DNA of 63,836 bases, counting the filler, from Perkinsus chesapeaki ATCC PRA-425 (taxonomy: Eukaryota > Protista > Perkinsozoa), in the NCBI GenBank assembly GCA_013115145.1. It is 11 parts of 11 records of this genome, joined end to end, with 100 filler letters (N's around TTAATTAATTAA, not from the genome) between each part and the next. Parts side by side here need not be neighbours in the genome. Positions count along the whole stretch, not along the records: positions 18,240 to 39,601 come from JAAPAO010000596.1; positions 39,702 to 40,990 come from JAAPAO010002055.1; positions 41,091 to 42,996 come from JAAPAO010001735.1; positions 43,097 to 53,676 come from JAAPAO010000885.1; 7 more parts are not named here. The stretch is one strand, 5' to 3'. Of the stretch, positions 35,117-46,879 are shown in pieces. Every line of letters starts with the position of its first letter. Within the stretch, counting starts at the first letter, position 1. A program made the position numbers and the translations under genes. The notes beneath the pieces are model-generated. The model ran no database searches. It was not told the DNA's origin and was given only the letters and a program-made list of their open reading frames with translations.

Positions 35117-38100
35117 TCACATCCCAAACCGAGATAGTACCGTCCAAATGTCACATCCTCCATCTCGGTTTACCCGACTGAGCATTGCGATTGAACGCTG
35201 GTGTCGGTGAAGGTGCCCTAGGCAATAACAATTATACAAACACCAATCCATGGCAGGCTTCACCTCCTCATGTGCCCAGTGAGGCTGCGATGTCGCACCC
35301 GATCGAATGGTGCCCCAGATCCGACCGCTACGCCTGACACGCACCTCAAACGCGCCCCTTCTAACAGTACTGACCTTTCATGGAGCTGCTGCTGTGGTTC
35401 TGCATCATTTGCGGTGACGGCGAGCTAGGCCTCTGAGAGCTCATACTGGGGCTTGCCGGTCTGGACCTCACCGATGGAGAAGGCGGGCGATTCTGCCACG
35501 CACCCTTGTATCCAGACAAACTCCATAGCACTACATATGACCCTGTTGGGGATGTTCTCAGGCTGCCATTGGCCAAGCTAGGCGCAGTGCTGGGTCTACG
35601 GCCAACAGCTGAGCCAGGGAGCCCTCGCTTGCTGAAGCCACAGTGCTATACGAAGGAAAGGTCGATAGAGAACCTACCTGGGATCCAAAGACCCCAGTCC
35701 AGAGGTTGTAGCAGCCGCTCTCAGGCCACCGACGAGACCGCTCGCCCCTGTAAGGGAATCGTCACCACTTGCTCACTTCCCTCCCCACTTACCTTGGCTG
35801 CTGCGTAGGCCACTTGACCCCATGTACTGCTGCCGAAGAGAAGAGGTGCCGGAGGAAGCCGACATAAGCGAGCCCATACCCCCACTAGACTGCAACTGGC
35901 CGTCCATCACTACGGCGAGCTTCCCAGCACCCTACCCCTCGCAAATTCTGTCTGTCCTGCAATTGCGGGGTGCCCGATCGCTGATAGGACCGCATCATCG
36001 GGCTCTCGGAGCGCTGGTAGCTGCTACCCTCCCGACCGGAGCTATAGAATCGTTGACTCCTACGGCGTCAGTGAGATCCAACCGGAGCGATGCGACGTAC
36101 CTCGGACTTGGGTCCCTCTGACCATACCGGCCACCGTATTGTTGTTGTTGCTGGGATGGTTGCTGGCGAGATGAAGGAGATGGATCTCGGCGACCGATGG
36201 ATGAGCCTTAAATAAACTAAGGGCATTCCAATGGAGACCGTGTCACTTCTCAGAGGGTTGCTAGAGCCCATTGTTGGACTGGGTAGCCTTCGTGGACCTT
36301 GCTCCCCTCTGCCAGACGCCCACATATCCTAATGATCTCATATAGGCCAGTATATAGCGGCAGCACAGACCGGCCTACTATTTTATTGGATATCCGACCG
36401 TCTGCTATATCGTCCTTCAGTGTTGGTGTCGGAGGCCGTAAAGATGCTTCTTCCATCGAGGTCTCTCCCTACATTCCCCACTCTGCAACGGAACCCCCCC
36501 CAACATCATTACCCAAGCCCTCGTAGGAATCCTAGTACTTCCCAGCCTCGATGGTTGACCGATATCTGCTATTAATGACATACCGTAATCACCTCCGCAC
36601 TCACTAGATGATGCAATCTCCCTATCGGTCTGGTCTCTTCCCCTTTCCCGCCAAGACGGTTCCTCTCGAACGTCACCCTAAACCCGGTATACCCCACGAA
36701 CGCAGGTCTCGTACTACTTTAGTGCCAGAAAGTGCACGCAGTAAGCTACCATCCAAGCTGCTGCGCCGACTAGACCCGCGTAGCTCCACTGATGTATCAA
36801 GTGCGTCCACCGAAGCCATTGTCAACGAGGAGCTCCGGGTCGCTCCTGACCACACCGTCCGCCGATCCGTGCCCATCCGCCCCCCACTACTGTTTAGACG
36901 CTCTCCCTTAGCGCTATCTGGACTGCTATCATTCCCCAGCCGCTCAGCTGTAGCCTGTCGTTCTTTCTGCCGACTTCCCTTCATACACGACTTCACAGGC
37001 TGAGCTGTTGACGGCCTGTGGGGCCTCGGCGGATTGCCGGGCACTTCCAGACGCCCTAGTCATGACGTCGTCGCCACATTTTCACCGTCTTTACCCTTAT
37101 CATCTGTTCCAGCATCACTCCAATCAATAGACCTTCTCTGCACTCCATTGACCCCCTTACCGTACCCCGTGGGCCTAATGGAGGCCTGCATATCCACAGC
37201 TAGCCTGCGGTACTACTTTTGGTCGGTGTCAGATCGGATGGTAAGGTCCGCCAAAGGGCCCATTTGACTGTTCATGAATGTATTCCGGAGCAGGTACTCC
37301 TCAGAGTCCAACTTCGGCGTAACCGATGACACTAAAGACCCCACCGATGACAAAGCAATTGGTGAAGTTCTTGAAGATCCACCGGACATTTCCGTCCCCA
37401 ACTCACAGCTCCAGTCACAAGACAATTTGAGCTTCTGATACGAAATAAGTCGCCGTTCAAACGCACCAAGCTGCTGCAGATAGCCCGGCTTGAGGTTAAC
37501 ATCAGGCCGACGGGATTGAAGGAACTCTAGGGCCTTCCGCATTCCCCAGCGGTATCTGCAACAACCGTCTCCAATCTGCTGTCGCCCGTTAGCCCTACTT
37601 TCGCATTAAATATGCACACAAAACTGTACACGATCTGCCTTGACCGCGTTCACTGTGAATTAAGACCTGTTCACGGTACAACCCTCCGGTGAAAAGGATA
37701 GCTACCGATTCTGCATTCTCCAACGCTTCATCAACAAATGCGGTCAGTTCGTCTACCACCACGTCCCGAGTGTCAAGAATGACCTAATGGCCACCAATTA
37801 CAGCACTAGTAATCATTCATGGTACTTGAGAGTCGTTATCAAGCCAGTAGTAGGTAAGATACACAACCCCAATGGGCTCCCAGTGATTAGGGACCTATAG
37901 CGTAGAAAGTTAAATACGGTAAGACCCAGGCCTACCTGGCGGCCGCAGCAATTGACAACATGAGTGACCTTATTAGTAACAACGAACTCGAGCTCCTGAC
38001 AAAGCGGGGTTCGCACAGTGCTGCCGGGGGGCTCCTACTTGAGCGGCCATGTCGTCTCCTAGGAAGAGACCGTCTTTTATCTTCACGGCACCAACGATCT

Positions 38101-38167
38101 CCCAGGCCCCTTGCTGCTGTGACTGATCATCTGTAGCCCCGCCTAGTGTTTGGGGCGCTGCAGTCAT
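35117..38167 (-). CDS. Dual-specificity phosphatase-fold protein with catalytic Cys>Ser (pseudophosphatase) and a long Ser/Pro/Arg-rich tail; 3' end approximate
   Basis: KIKDGLFLGD, VTHVVNCCGRQ, P-loop VLIHSERGQGRSCTVLCAYLM, ALEFLQSRRPDVNLKPGYLQQL. Confidence 0.85.
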
Positions 38168-39702
38168 TGAATGATAGTCACACTGAGTAAGACGCACATC
38201 GCAGCGGGAATTAATTAATGTAAAAGAGCCTCAGCCTAGGATCGAACCTGTGACGTGGAAATACCGTCTGGAATTGTCATTGTGCGTCTGCGTGCAAAAG
38301 CGTGACGCGGATTTTCCGAATAGGATTCGCGAGCTGCTCGTGCAACGAAGAAGCTAATACCGCAACATAATAGGAACAGTAGAGGTTTAACTGTAGAACT
38401 GCAGCAGCTCTACTCGTTGCGCTTTGGATTCCGATACTCGTGATACATGCTAGTAATGCATCACTACCTATGTAACGTCCAAGGTGAGGCTATTAGATGT
38501 ATGTTATGAGCATGTCGAACATATCATGTTCCTGGGCAGTGTAGCCTCCCACGACGCGGAGGAGGTGCCAGTAGCATCTAGACATCCCCGTCACCGTTGA
38601 CTCTCTACAAAATACGCGTCCCCTGTGGCGCGGACTATTCACTCGAGAAACAAAAAACAAAACATTTATCGCTTGCCTCACTGGAGTTGATAGATCCCGC
38701 CTCTCTACACGAAAGCGTGTCTGTCATGGAGAAGTTTGGATACTCATGAATCATGCAGTGGAGGGCCTTCGCTTTGCTCTCTCGTATTCTTCTTTCTCTC
38801 ACACAATCCTCTGTTCGCTAACACTCTTGGATGCTCGACGTCTGGATGCTTGGCCACGACGCGAACTCTGAACTCTCGGAGTATCAGAAATCACAGATAC
38901 AAAACTAAATTGGTCATCGAAATAGCTGTCTCTCGCACCGTTGTGAGTGTGACGCTGAGGAGACGCTCTGTGCATGCGTGTAGTACAAACAATATTGTGA
39001 TTAGCATAATGAAAACGGCAATAGAAAGTTTGTGGCAGTCCCTGCAGGTATTCCGTACCGATACTAATATGGGCCCAATATACCTGTATTAGGTGATTGC
39101 ACCTCGTTAGCCCAATGACAAATTATGCCGTTGTGTCTCCATTTGTCGCCACTGCGAGCCGTTTATGTACCACTACTCAATGGGACAGCTCTTGCAGAGC
39201 GAGCCTGCTCCGCTTAGGATCAGGTTCAACCCAGTGATTGCTAGGCACAACAATATTCGGCCTATAGTTCCCGCCGCAATTTGACCTTCTAGCCCAACTA
39301 AAGTTCCCTTGGCATCTAAATGACACCCGAGGACATATACAAGAGGTGACCTATGGCGAGTATAGACATCACTTCTGTGGCGCTAACAGACGATTATATT
39401 ACTCTTGTGTCTACAAGATACCAATGTAACATCAGCAATGTATTCACCAAACTTTACACCCACTCATGCACTATCCAGTTATTACCGAACATTAAAGAGA
39501 ATTGCAAAGCGTCACTCCCCGACTTTATATAGGTTCAATTAAACCGGTACTAGTTATCATCTCGTCTACCACATGGCTGGACATTCAACCTGGCGCGTCC
39601 CNNNNNNNNNNNNNNNNNNNNNNNNNNNNNNNNNNNNNNNNNNNNTTAATTAATTAANNNNNNNNNNNNNNNNNNNNNNNNNNNNNNNNNNNNNNNNNNN
39701 NG

Positions 39703-40990
39703 GACCCGCAAATCGATACTACGTCAACAACAGTCGAGTTAACTACCAGCACCACCATAACACCAACAGTGACAACGACGACAATAACGATATCTACATC
39801 CACTGAGGAGCCTGAAATACCAGAGGACCCGCGAGTCGATACTACGTCAACCACACTCGAGTTTACTACCAGCACAACCATAACACCAACAGTGTCAACG
39901 ACGACAATAACGATATCTACATACACTGAGGAGCCTGAAATACCAGAGGACCCGCAAATCGATACTACGTCAACAACAATCGAGTTTACTACCAGCACCA
40001 CCATAACACCAACAGTGACAACGACGACAATGACGATATCTACATCCACTGAAGAGCCTGAAATACCAGAGGACCCGCAGATCGATACTGCGTCAACAAC
40101 ACTCGAGTTTACCACCAGCACCACCGTAACACCAACAGTGTCAACGACGACAATAGCGATATCTACATACACTGAGGAGCCTGAAATACCAGAGGACCCG
40201 CAAATCGATACTACGTCAACAACAGTGGAGTTCACTACCAGCACCACCATAACACCAACAGTGACAACGACAATGACGATATCTACATTCACTGAAGAGC
40301 CTCAAATACCAGAGGGCCCGCAGATCGATACTACGTCAACAACAATAGAGTTTGCTACTAGCACAACCATAACACCAACAGTGACAACGACGACAATGAC
40401 GATATCTACATCCACTGAAGAGCCTGAAATACCAGAGGACCCGCAAATCGATACTACGTCAACAACACTCGAATTTACCACCAGCACCACCATAACACCA
40501 TCAGTGACAACGACGACAGCGACATCCACGTGGAGCCAAGGGCCTGAAAGTCCCGTAGATGAAAGTCCAACTACGCCGTCTGCCGAGTCCATCGAGCAAA
40601 CGTCGCCTGAAGAAACATCTACATTCAGCGGTACGACCTCTGATTCTGAGGTTTATACTTCTTCAACAGAACCCTGGACGACGGCGTATATGACAACGAT
40701 AACAACTACGGAGACGCTCGGAAATAACTGGCCCGAAGCTTCGTCTCCTTTCAGCAGCACAAGCTCAGATTCAGTAATCTCATCCTCTCCCACTGAGCCT
40801 TGGACGGCCGAATATGCCACGCCGTCTACCGAGTCCATCGAACAAACATTGCCTGAAGAAACGTCTACATTGAGCACTACGACCTCTGAATCTGAAGTTT
40901 ATACTTCTCCGACAGAACCATGGACGAGCAAATATACCACACCGTCTACCGAGTCAATCGAGCAAACTTGGCCTGAAGAAACGTCTATAT
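39703..40990 (+). CDS. Mucin-like Thr/Glu/Pro-rich repeat protein, open at both gaps
   Basis: About 6.5 copies of a 41-aa (123-bp) unit TTTTITISTSTEEPEIPEDPQIDTTSTTLEFTTSTTITPTV, then a second repeat type TPS(A/T)ESIEQTxPEETS. Confidence 0.9.
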
Positions 40991-41090
40991 NNNNNNNNNN
41001 NNNNNNNNNNNNNNNNNNNNNNNNNNNNNNNNNNTTAATTAATTAANNNNNNNNNNNNNNNNNNNNNNNNNNNNNNNNNNNNNNNNNNNN

Positions 41091-42996
41091 CTATATTTAT
41101 ATTTATATTTATTTATTACTAATGCACTGGTTATTAATATTAACTAATATATAAATAATATCTATTGATTAAACATATATAATATTATATGATTTATAAC
41201 AATAATGTATATTTAAATATATAATATCCTGCCATATATCAATTATATATATTATAGTATTAAATATCATTAGGCAGGGTATATCTATTCTTTATTATTA
41301 GTTATATACCTCTAATTTATAGTTATACATTATATATATATTGTCTATAGTTTATTATTAATAAGTAATAGTATCTAATATCTTAACTTATAATTATTAA
41401 TAAATAATATGAGATATACAATATTATAAGTTAATAGTATAGAAATAATGTATTATTTATAAATATTAGATAAAGCTATAACTATAGGTATTATATAACT
41501 AATAATTGATTAATAATATATGGTATAAATAGCAGGGGCTTTATATTATATTCTTTATATTCTTAATATATATATATTACCATAGTTCATATAATATAAT
41601 AAGTGGTATTCATGGTAATCAGATATATATCATATGCAGATCTATTATATAATTTATATCTATTTTATACACCCAGCAAGTTAATATTATTATATGTATA
41701 TCTATTTATTAGAATATTATATCTTGATTACCTTATTTCTAGCTATTATATTAATCTATAGTATAAACTAATATTAGGATTATTGATATAGATATATATA
41801 TATTACCATAGTATAAATGCAGGATTCTATATAATATTGATATAAGGTATAATAATATAATATTTATATATTTATACATATCTATCTTTAATTATATATT
41901 ATTCATTACTTAATATTAGTAAATATATACTTATAAATCTAATGTAAATCTTATTATAAATATACATGTATTAATATATTACTATTGGTATAGATAGATT
42001 ATATTATTATATAAATTATATTTAATATTAACTTAATCTAATGCCTAACCTTACCAATATATATATTTAATATTACTATATAATATACTATAGGCATTAG
42101 TAATAATATTATTATATATCTAGTTATAGCATTATTTATATATATTAGTGATATTAGATTATATTATATATTATTGTAATTAATTAATAATTATTAGTGA
42201 ATATATTTATAACATATAGTGTATATTAATCTAATAATAAATATAATCATGTGTTATCTAGATAATAAATTAATATTTACTAGTTTATATAAATTATATA
42301 TAATAATAATATGGGGTGCTATTTATATAATATAAGAATATAGATTTAATAATATATTTATACCTATAATATTTATATTTAATGATGTAATATTATATAT
42401 TATATATTTATATATTAAAATACAGTAATATTAGTATATTATTTATATTAGATTATAAGTTATAATTATATAATAAAGTAGATATAGGAATTTAGTACTA
42501 TAAGATATTATTTTAATAAATACATATGTAGTGATAATATGATAGAATATATAATATATTATAAATTATCTAAATATTATAAATAAGTACATATTATATA
42601 TTGATATACAGTATATTAATAATACCAATAAATATCTATAATATCAGTATATAATATAATCATATGATTAGCTAATAACCAGTAAATATATAAATATCTA
42701 TACTTTATCTTATATAATAATAATAATTAAATAGATATAATATACAATATAAATATATTAATAATATGTATTATAATATCTAGTATTTATAAATCTATAG
42801 TGTATATATTAATATAATATAATAATTGATATCTATAAATTTATAATATAAATATGGACCAGTTAACTAATAATAATATATATTTAATATTATATTATAT
42901 TACTTATAAATGATATAAATTATAAATTATGTATTATATTCTCATATGATAAATATTATAGGTATACATGATATAAATAATTATATGTAAAGATTA
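41091..42996. other. Extremely AT-rich contig (about 12-14% GC by eye), no ORFs
   Basis: TA-alternating sequence with frequent stop codons and no ORF in the track; no CG dinucleotide found on manual reading. Confidence 0.9.
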
Positions 42997-43119
42997 NNNN
43001 NNNNNNNNNNNNNNNNNNNNNNNNNNNNNNNNNNNNNNNNTTAATTAATTAANNNNNNNNNNNNNNNNNNNNNNNNNNNNNNNNNNNNNNNNNNNNGGGA
43101 GATTAGAAAGCAAGACAAT

Positions 43120-43190
43120 TTGTGGCCACGAAAGAAAGAAAGTGGCCAGGGAAGAAAAAATGTGGCCAGGAGTAGAAAAATTTGTGGCTC
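43120..43190 (+). repeat. Spaced motif array GTGGCC(A) x4 at about 20-bp period
   Basis: Motif starts at 43122, 43142, 43162 and 43184 (GTGGCT), separated by purine-rich spacers. Confidence 0.75.
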
Positions 43191-43788
43191 GCGCGAAGAT
43201 GACGCGGTGCGAGAGTCCAGTTCTTTTTTATAGCCTCTAGGGTCTGGGCCCCAGTGGGGGGGGAGGTTAATGGTATAAATCGTCGGGCTTGGATGTCGGA
43301 TTCAACTTCGGTAGACGTCGTCTACTAGAGTCTAGTAACTAGACGTTACTGCATGCCATTGCGCATTCTCTCCTAAATATTTTCTCTTCCGGGCCAAATA
43401 GCGGTAAACTCGTCGTTCGCCACCGCTGGCAGCGGTGCAGCGGTCCGCTGCAGCCTTTGGGATATAATATCCCAAAGCCCGAGCCCGAATATTCCGGATA
43501 TTCGCTTTCACTTTCTGTCAGAAAGTTTCTGACAGAAAGTTTTTGTGCCGTCCGAAGGCTCCAGCGCGTCTGCAACTTGCTTCCACTGTTGCGGGTGTTG
43601 CTCGCGTAACTGAGCATGATGCTTTACGATAAACTCCCCACCGAAATTTACCCGGTCAGGGAATCTTTCATCTTCACCAAAAGGTGAGCGCATGAACATT
43701 CAAGATTCACTGGGCGTGTTGTTGCTGGACTCGCTCGCCCACCTATCACACCCGAAAGAATCTGCAGCGTCGCGCCGGGAGTCATACC

Positions 43789-43851
43789 GAGTAAACTTGG
43801 TCAACTACGTCAACCCTCAGAGTAAACTTGGTCAACTACGTCAACCCTCAG
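43789..43851. repeat. Perfect 31-bp tandem duplication
   Basis: GAGTAAACTTGGTCAACTACGTCAACCCTCA x2. Confidence 0.95.
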
Positions 43852-43953
43852 AATCGAAACCGAATTCTTGAAATCTTGCAATCTCTTATTTTTCCTCAAC
43901 TCGAACTGCGCACATCTCTATCAGCCAGTGGCTGCCACGTCGCGATCGTTGCA

Positions 43954-45036
43954 ATGGTCGTGTTTCTGTTACTCTTATTGAGAGTAAAAGGTCATTCGGA
44001 AAGTGAGGTCTACAGTGAAGATGATACCTCAACGACCACAAGATTACCGTTGAACTTGTTCAATTATGATGATGATAGATTGCTGTATACCAAGTCAGAA
44101 TACGAATGGGAAAACTACGGCAAACAGGAGCTAGAGATGTCAGAAAAACAGAACGAAGAGCGTGGACACCGAAGAGGGGATACTAGTTTTGATGAGATGA
44201 AGGTTGTTGAGCTCCTTGAAGGGCTCATTAAGCACCACAATGAAATAGCAGAGCAAGGACACTATTTTACGCACAGCGACGCCCAAAGAATGTCCCGCGT
44301 TACGGAACGTATTGTTGAAATGCTCAGCGAGCTAGAAGAACTAGACAATGGGATCAGAAATGGAGACATACTTTCTAGACTTGGACATTTGCAAGAGCTT
44401 CATCCGGAGCTGGTCGATGCCGCTTTAGAAGGAACACATAGAGACTACCTTCACGAGCTCGCCGATCGAGGCTTATTTAGGAACGCGGACGGACACTATA
44501 TCGGGGAGTATTATGGAGGGCGAGACACGGGAAAGCAAGAAATGAATGCAAATGATAGACCAGACGAGATGGTGCATCCTGAGGTAACAACAACGGCAAC
44601 AACAGCAATACAGGAAATAACGAAGTGGATGGGAGCCGAGACCGTGAATGAGGGTGTTCAGATCGGGGAGGTATCAGTTGAAGAGGTGTCAGATATACAT
44701 GGTGAAGTGTTGCATCACGAACCAGAGCATAGCAATGCTCCATATGGATTAGCTCACAAAGTTCTAGTGCCCCCTCCAACACAAAGAAACCTTCGTGAAA
44801 CCGTTGTTGAAGAACCCGACTTGATCAACCGAAGTGAACCGACAATGAAAGCGAGCGAAATTGTTTTACTGGTGAGTATTAGGAAGGTTGTCGAAATGTA
44901 TGGTACTTTATGCCTTTAGGCTCTCATCGGTGTCGTCGTGCTCGGCTATATTGTGCAGAAGTTGAAGCATTATCATGAGATGCGATCGCTTCACTTTAAA
45001 CATGAGACGTCCAGCGATTTGCTGGATGATCTTTAG
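43954..45036 (+). CDS. Acidic type I membrane protein (signal peptide, single C-terminal TM); intron 44872-44919
   Basis: MVVFLLLLLRVKG leader; after splicing IVLLALIGVVVLGYIVQKLK forms a TM followed by a short tail ending at TAG 45034-45036. Confidence 0.75.
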
Positions 45037-45659
45037 TTGTCACAGTCCATCACTAATTGTGATGTTTTACCACACATATTGTTGTGCTTGTAGAAATAAC
45101 GGAGTTTCTGGACCAAGTCGGATTACCACCGCGTTCGGCGCTCCAAGTCTTATCCGAACCACTGTACGTTTTTCATTTGATCGATTTATCAATGTTCATA
45201 GCGAGTAATGATCTATTGTGAATTCAAATAGCGATCGACATGAACAAGAAAAGCATCGTTAAAAATAACCGTGAAATATCGCTCTCGGGTTTGAGGATCG
45301 AAATTGATCCTCCCGCCGTCTCCATCTGCTATTGGCGTCTGATATTATGAAGTATTTGCCATAAGGTTAGCACCCCTAAGTGGAGTTACAATATTCTCTC
45401 AACCAAGCATTGAAATGAACCCAAGGCTTGACGACGCTAAGTTGATGTTGAGTGATCCAATTCTCAGATATCAATAATATAATAACTGACGATAAACGTA
45501 TAATATTCGATATATAAACGTCATCTAGTGCTTCTTACGTCATCTCTCCCCGAAATACTACATATAATGAAATCAATGGACGGAATCCGTCTGGCGGGAA
45601 TTTCCCTATATTTCGTGGCTGACATGAGCCACGATGCACTCCATTGCTTAACAGAGTTC

Positions 45660-46491
45660 ATCAGATAAAAAATATATTACGCTTTCAGTCTTTTAAATTG
45701 TCTTTGGAGTACAAGGTTTATTTCCGCATGATGGAATTCAGCGCAACGGTGGTAACTACCAGATTGTTTTCGATACTTGAGAAACGGCGAGAACGTTCTC
45801 TGCGATATGGGTGAGTATTCAACGCTAGTGTTTCCGTTACAAGTGGATAACAACAGACTCGAAGCTCTCAATAATACGAAGATACTTTCACGACAGAAAG
45901 AACACCTTTTGGGAAGAATAGAAAAGTTTCGAAGCGAAGCCAACGAGATCGCTACAGACTTAAAACGGTTTGCCACTTTACCGGAGCAACAACAATCTAA
46001 ATATGTAACGAACAGTACTTTATTGTGGAGAGTTTGATATCTCAGCCGCGCCAACCAGGCGGTGGAAGTGGAGAACGAGCGAGGGTCGCGAGAAAGGACA
46101 GCTCGGGTATGTCAGGAAATGTGGACTTGTGATAAGAAGTAAAGTCTACACGTTTTCAGTTTCAATGAGCCACGTTCTCGGATCTCCACTGGCTGACCTG
46201 TTCGGTGTGACTCCACAGTATGAAGGTCGCTCGAAGATGCCAATGGTTGTCGCAAGAGAGAGCTCATTCAGAGCCTCAGGTTGGATGAAGGAGCAAATTC
46301 AATTGTTCCGAGCCTCGTTTATCAGGGAGACACCGAGGCTCTGCTGTGCCTCGAGTCGTTCCGGGAATGTCATTGGATGAATTTATGCGTACAATTCCTG
46401 AACCTGTAGCCGAAGAGATCATGACTGAGTACTCCGACAGAACTAACCGTGATGACATCCGCACGAAACTCGGTATGAATGTCGCCGGCTA
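45660..46491 (+). CDS. Multi-exon hypothetical coiled-coil protein (approximate)
   Basis: Exons such as NNRLEALNNTKILSRQKEHLLGRIEKFRSEANEIATDLKRF and MSLDEFMRTIPEPVAEEIMTEY, with GT-AG boundaries. Confidence 0.45.
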
Positions 46492-46585
46492 AACTAGCTG
46501 ACATACTTCACTAGGAACGACTTCTACACCGAATACCACAGCTAGTGCTGAAGATGTCGCTGCTCCAAGGGAGTTTACTCGAGAA

Positions 46586-46879
46586 GATTCCGCACTCTGT
46601 CAGTTCTCTGTGAGTTATATGGTTCGATTCCGCACTCTGTCAGTTCTCTGTGAGTTATATGGTTCGATTCCGCACTCTGTCAGTTCTCTGTGAGTTATAT
46701 NNNNNNNNNNNNNNNNNNNNNNNNNNNNNNNNNNNNNNNNNNNNNNNNNNNNNNNNNNNNNNNNNNNNNNNNNNNNNNNNNNNNNNNNNNNNNNNNNGTC
46801 AGTTCTCTGTGAGTTATATGGTTCGATTCCGCACTCTGTCAGTTCTCTGTGAGTTATATGGTTCGATTCCGAGCTCTGT
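46586..46879. repeat. 40-bp minisatellite spanning an N gap
   Basis: Unit GATTCCGCACTCTGTCAGTTCTCTGTGAGTTATATGGTTC. Confidence 0.95.

Noticed and set aside
39654-40877. Val-rich minus-strand ORFs over the mucin
   Set aside because: Antisense shadows of the Thr-rich repeat frame.
41091-42996. Frameshifted cox1/cob/cox3 coding sequence
   Set aside because: Trial translation around AGG/CCT sites gave no recognisable cytochrome motifs; kept only as an unassigned AT-rich contig.
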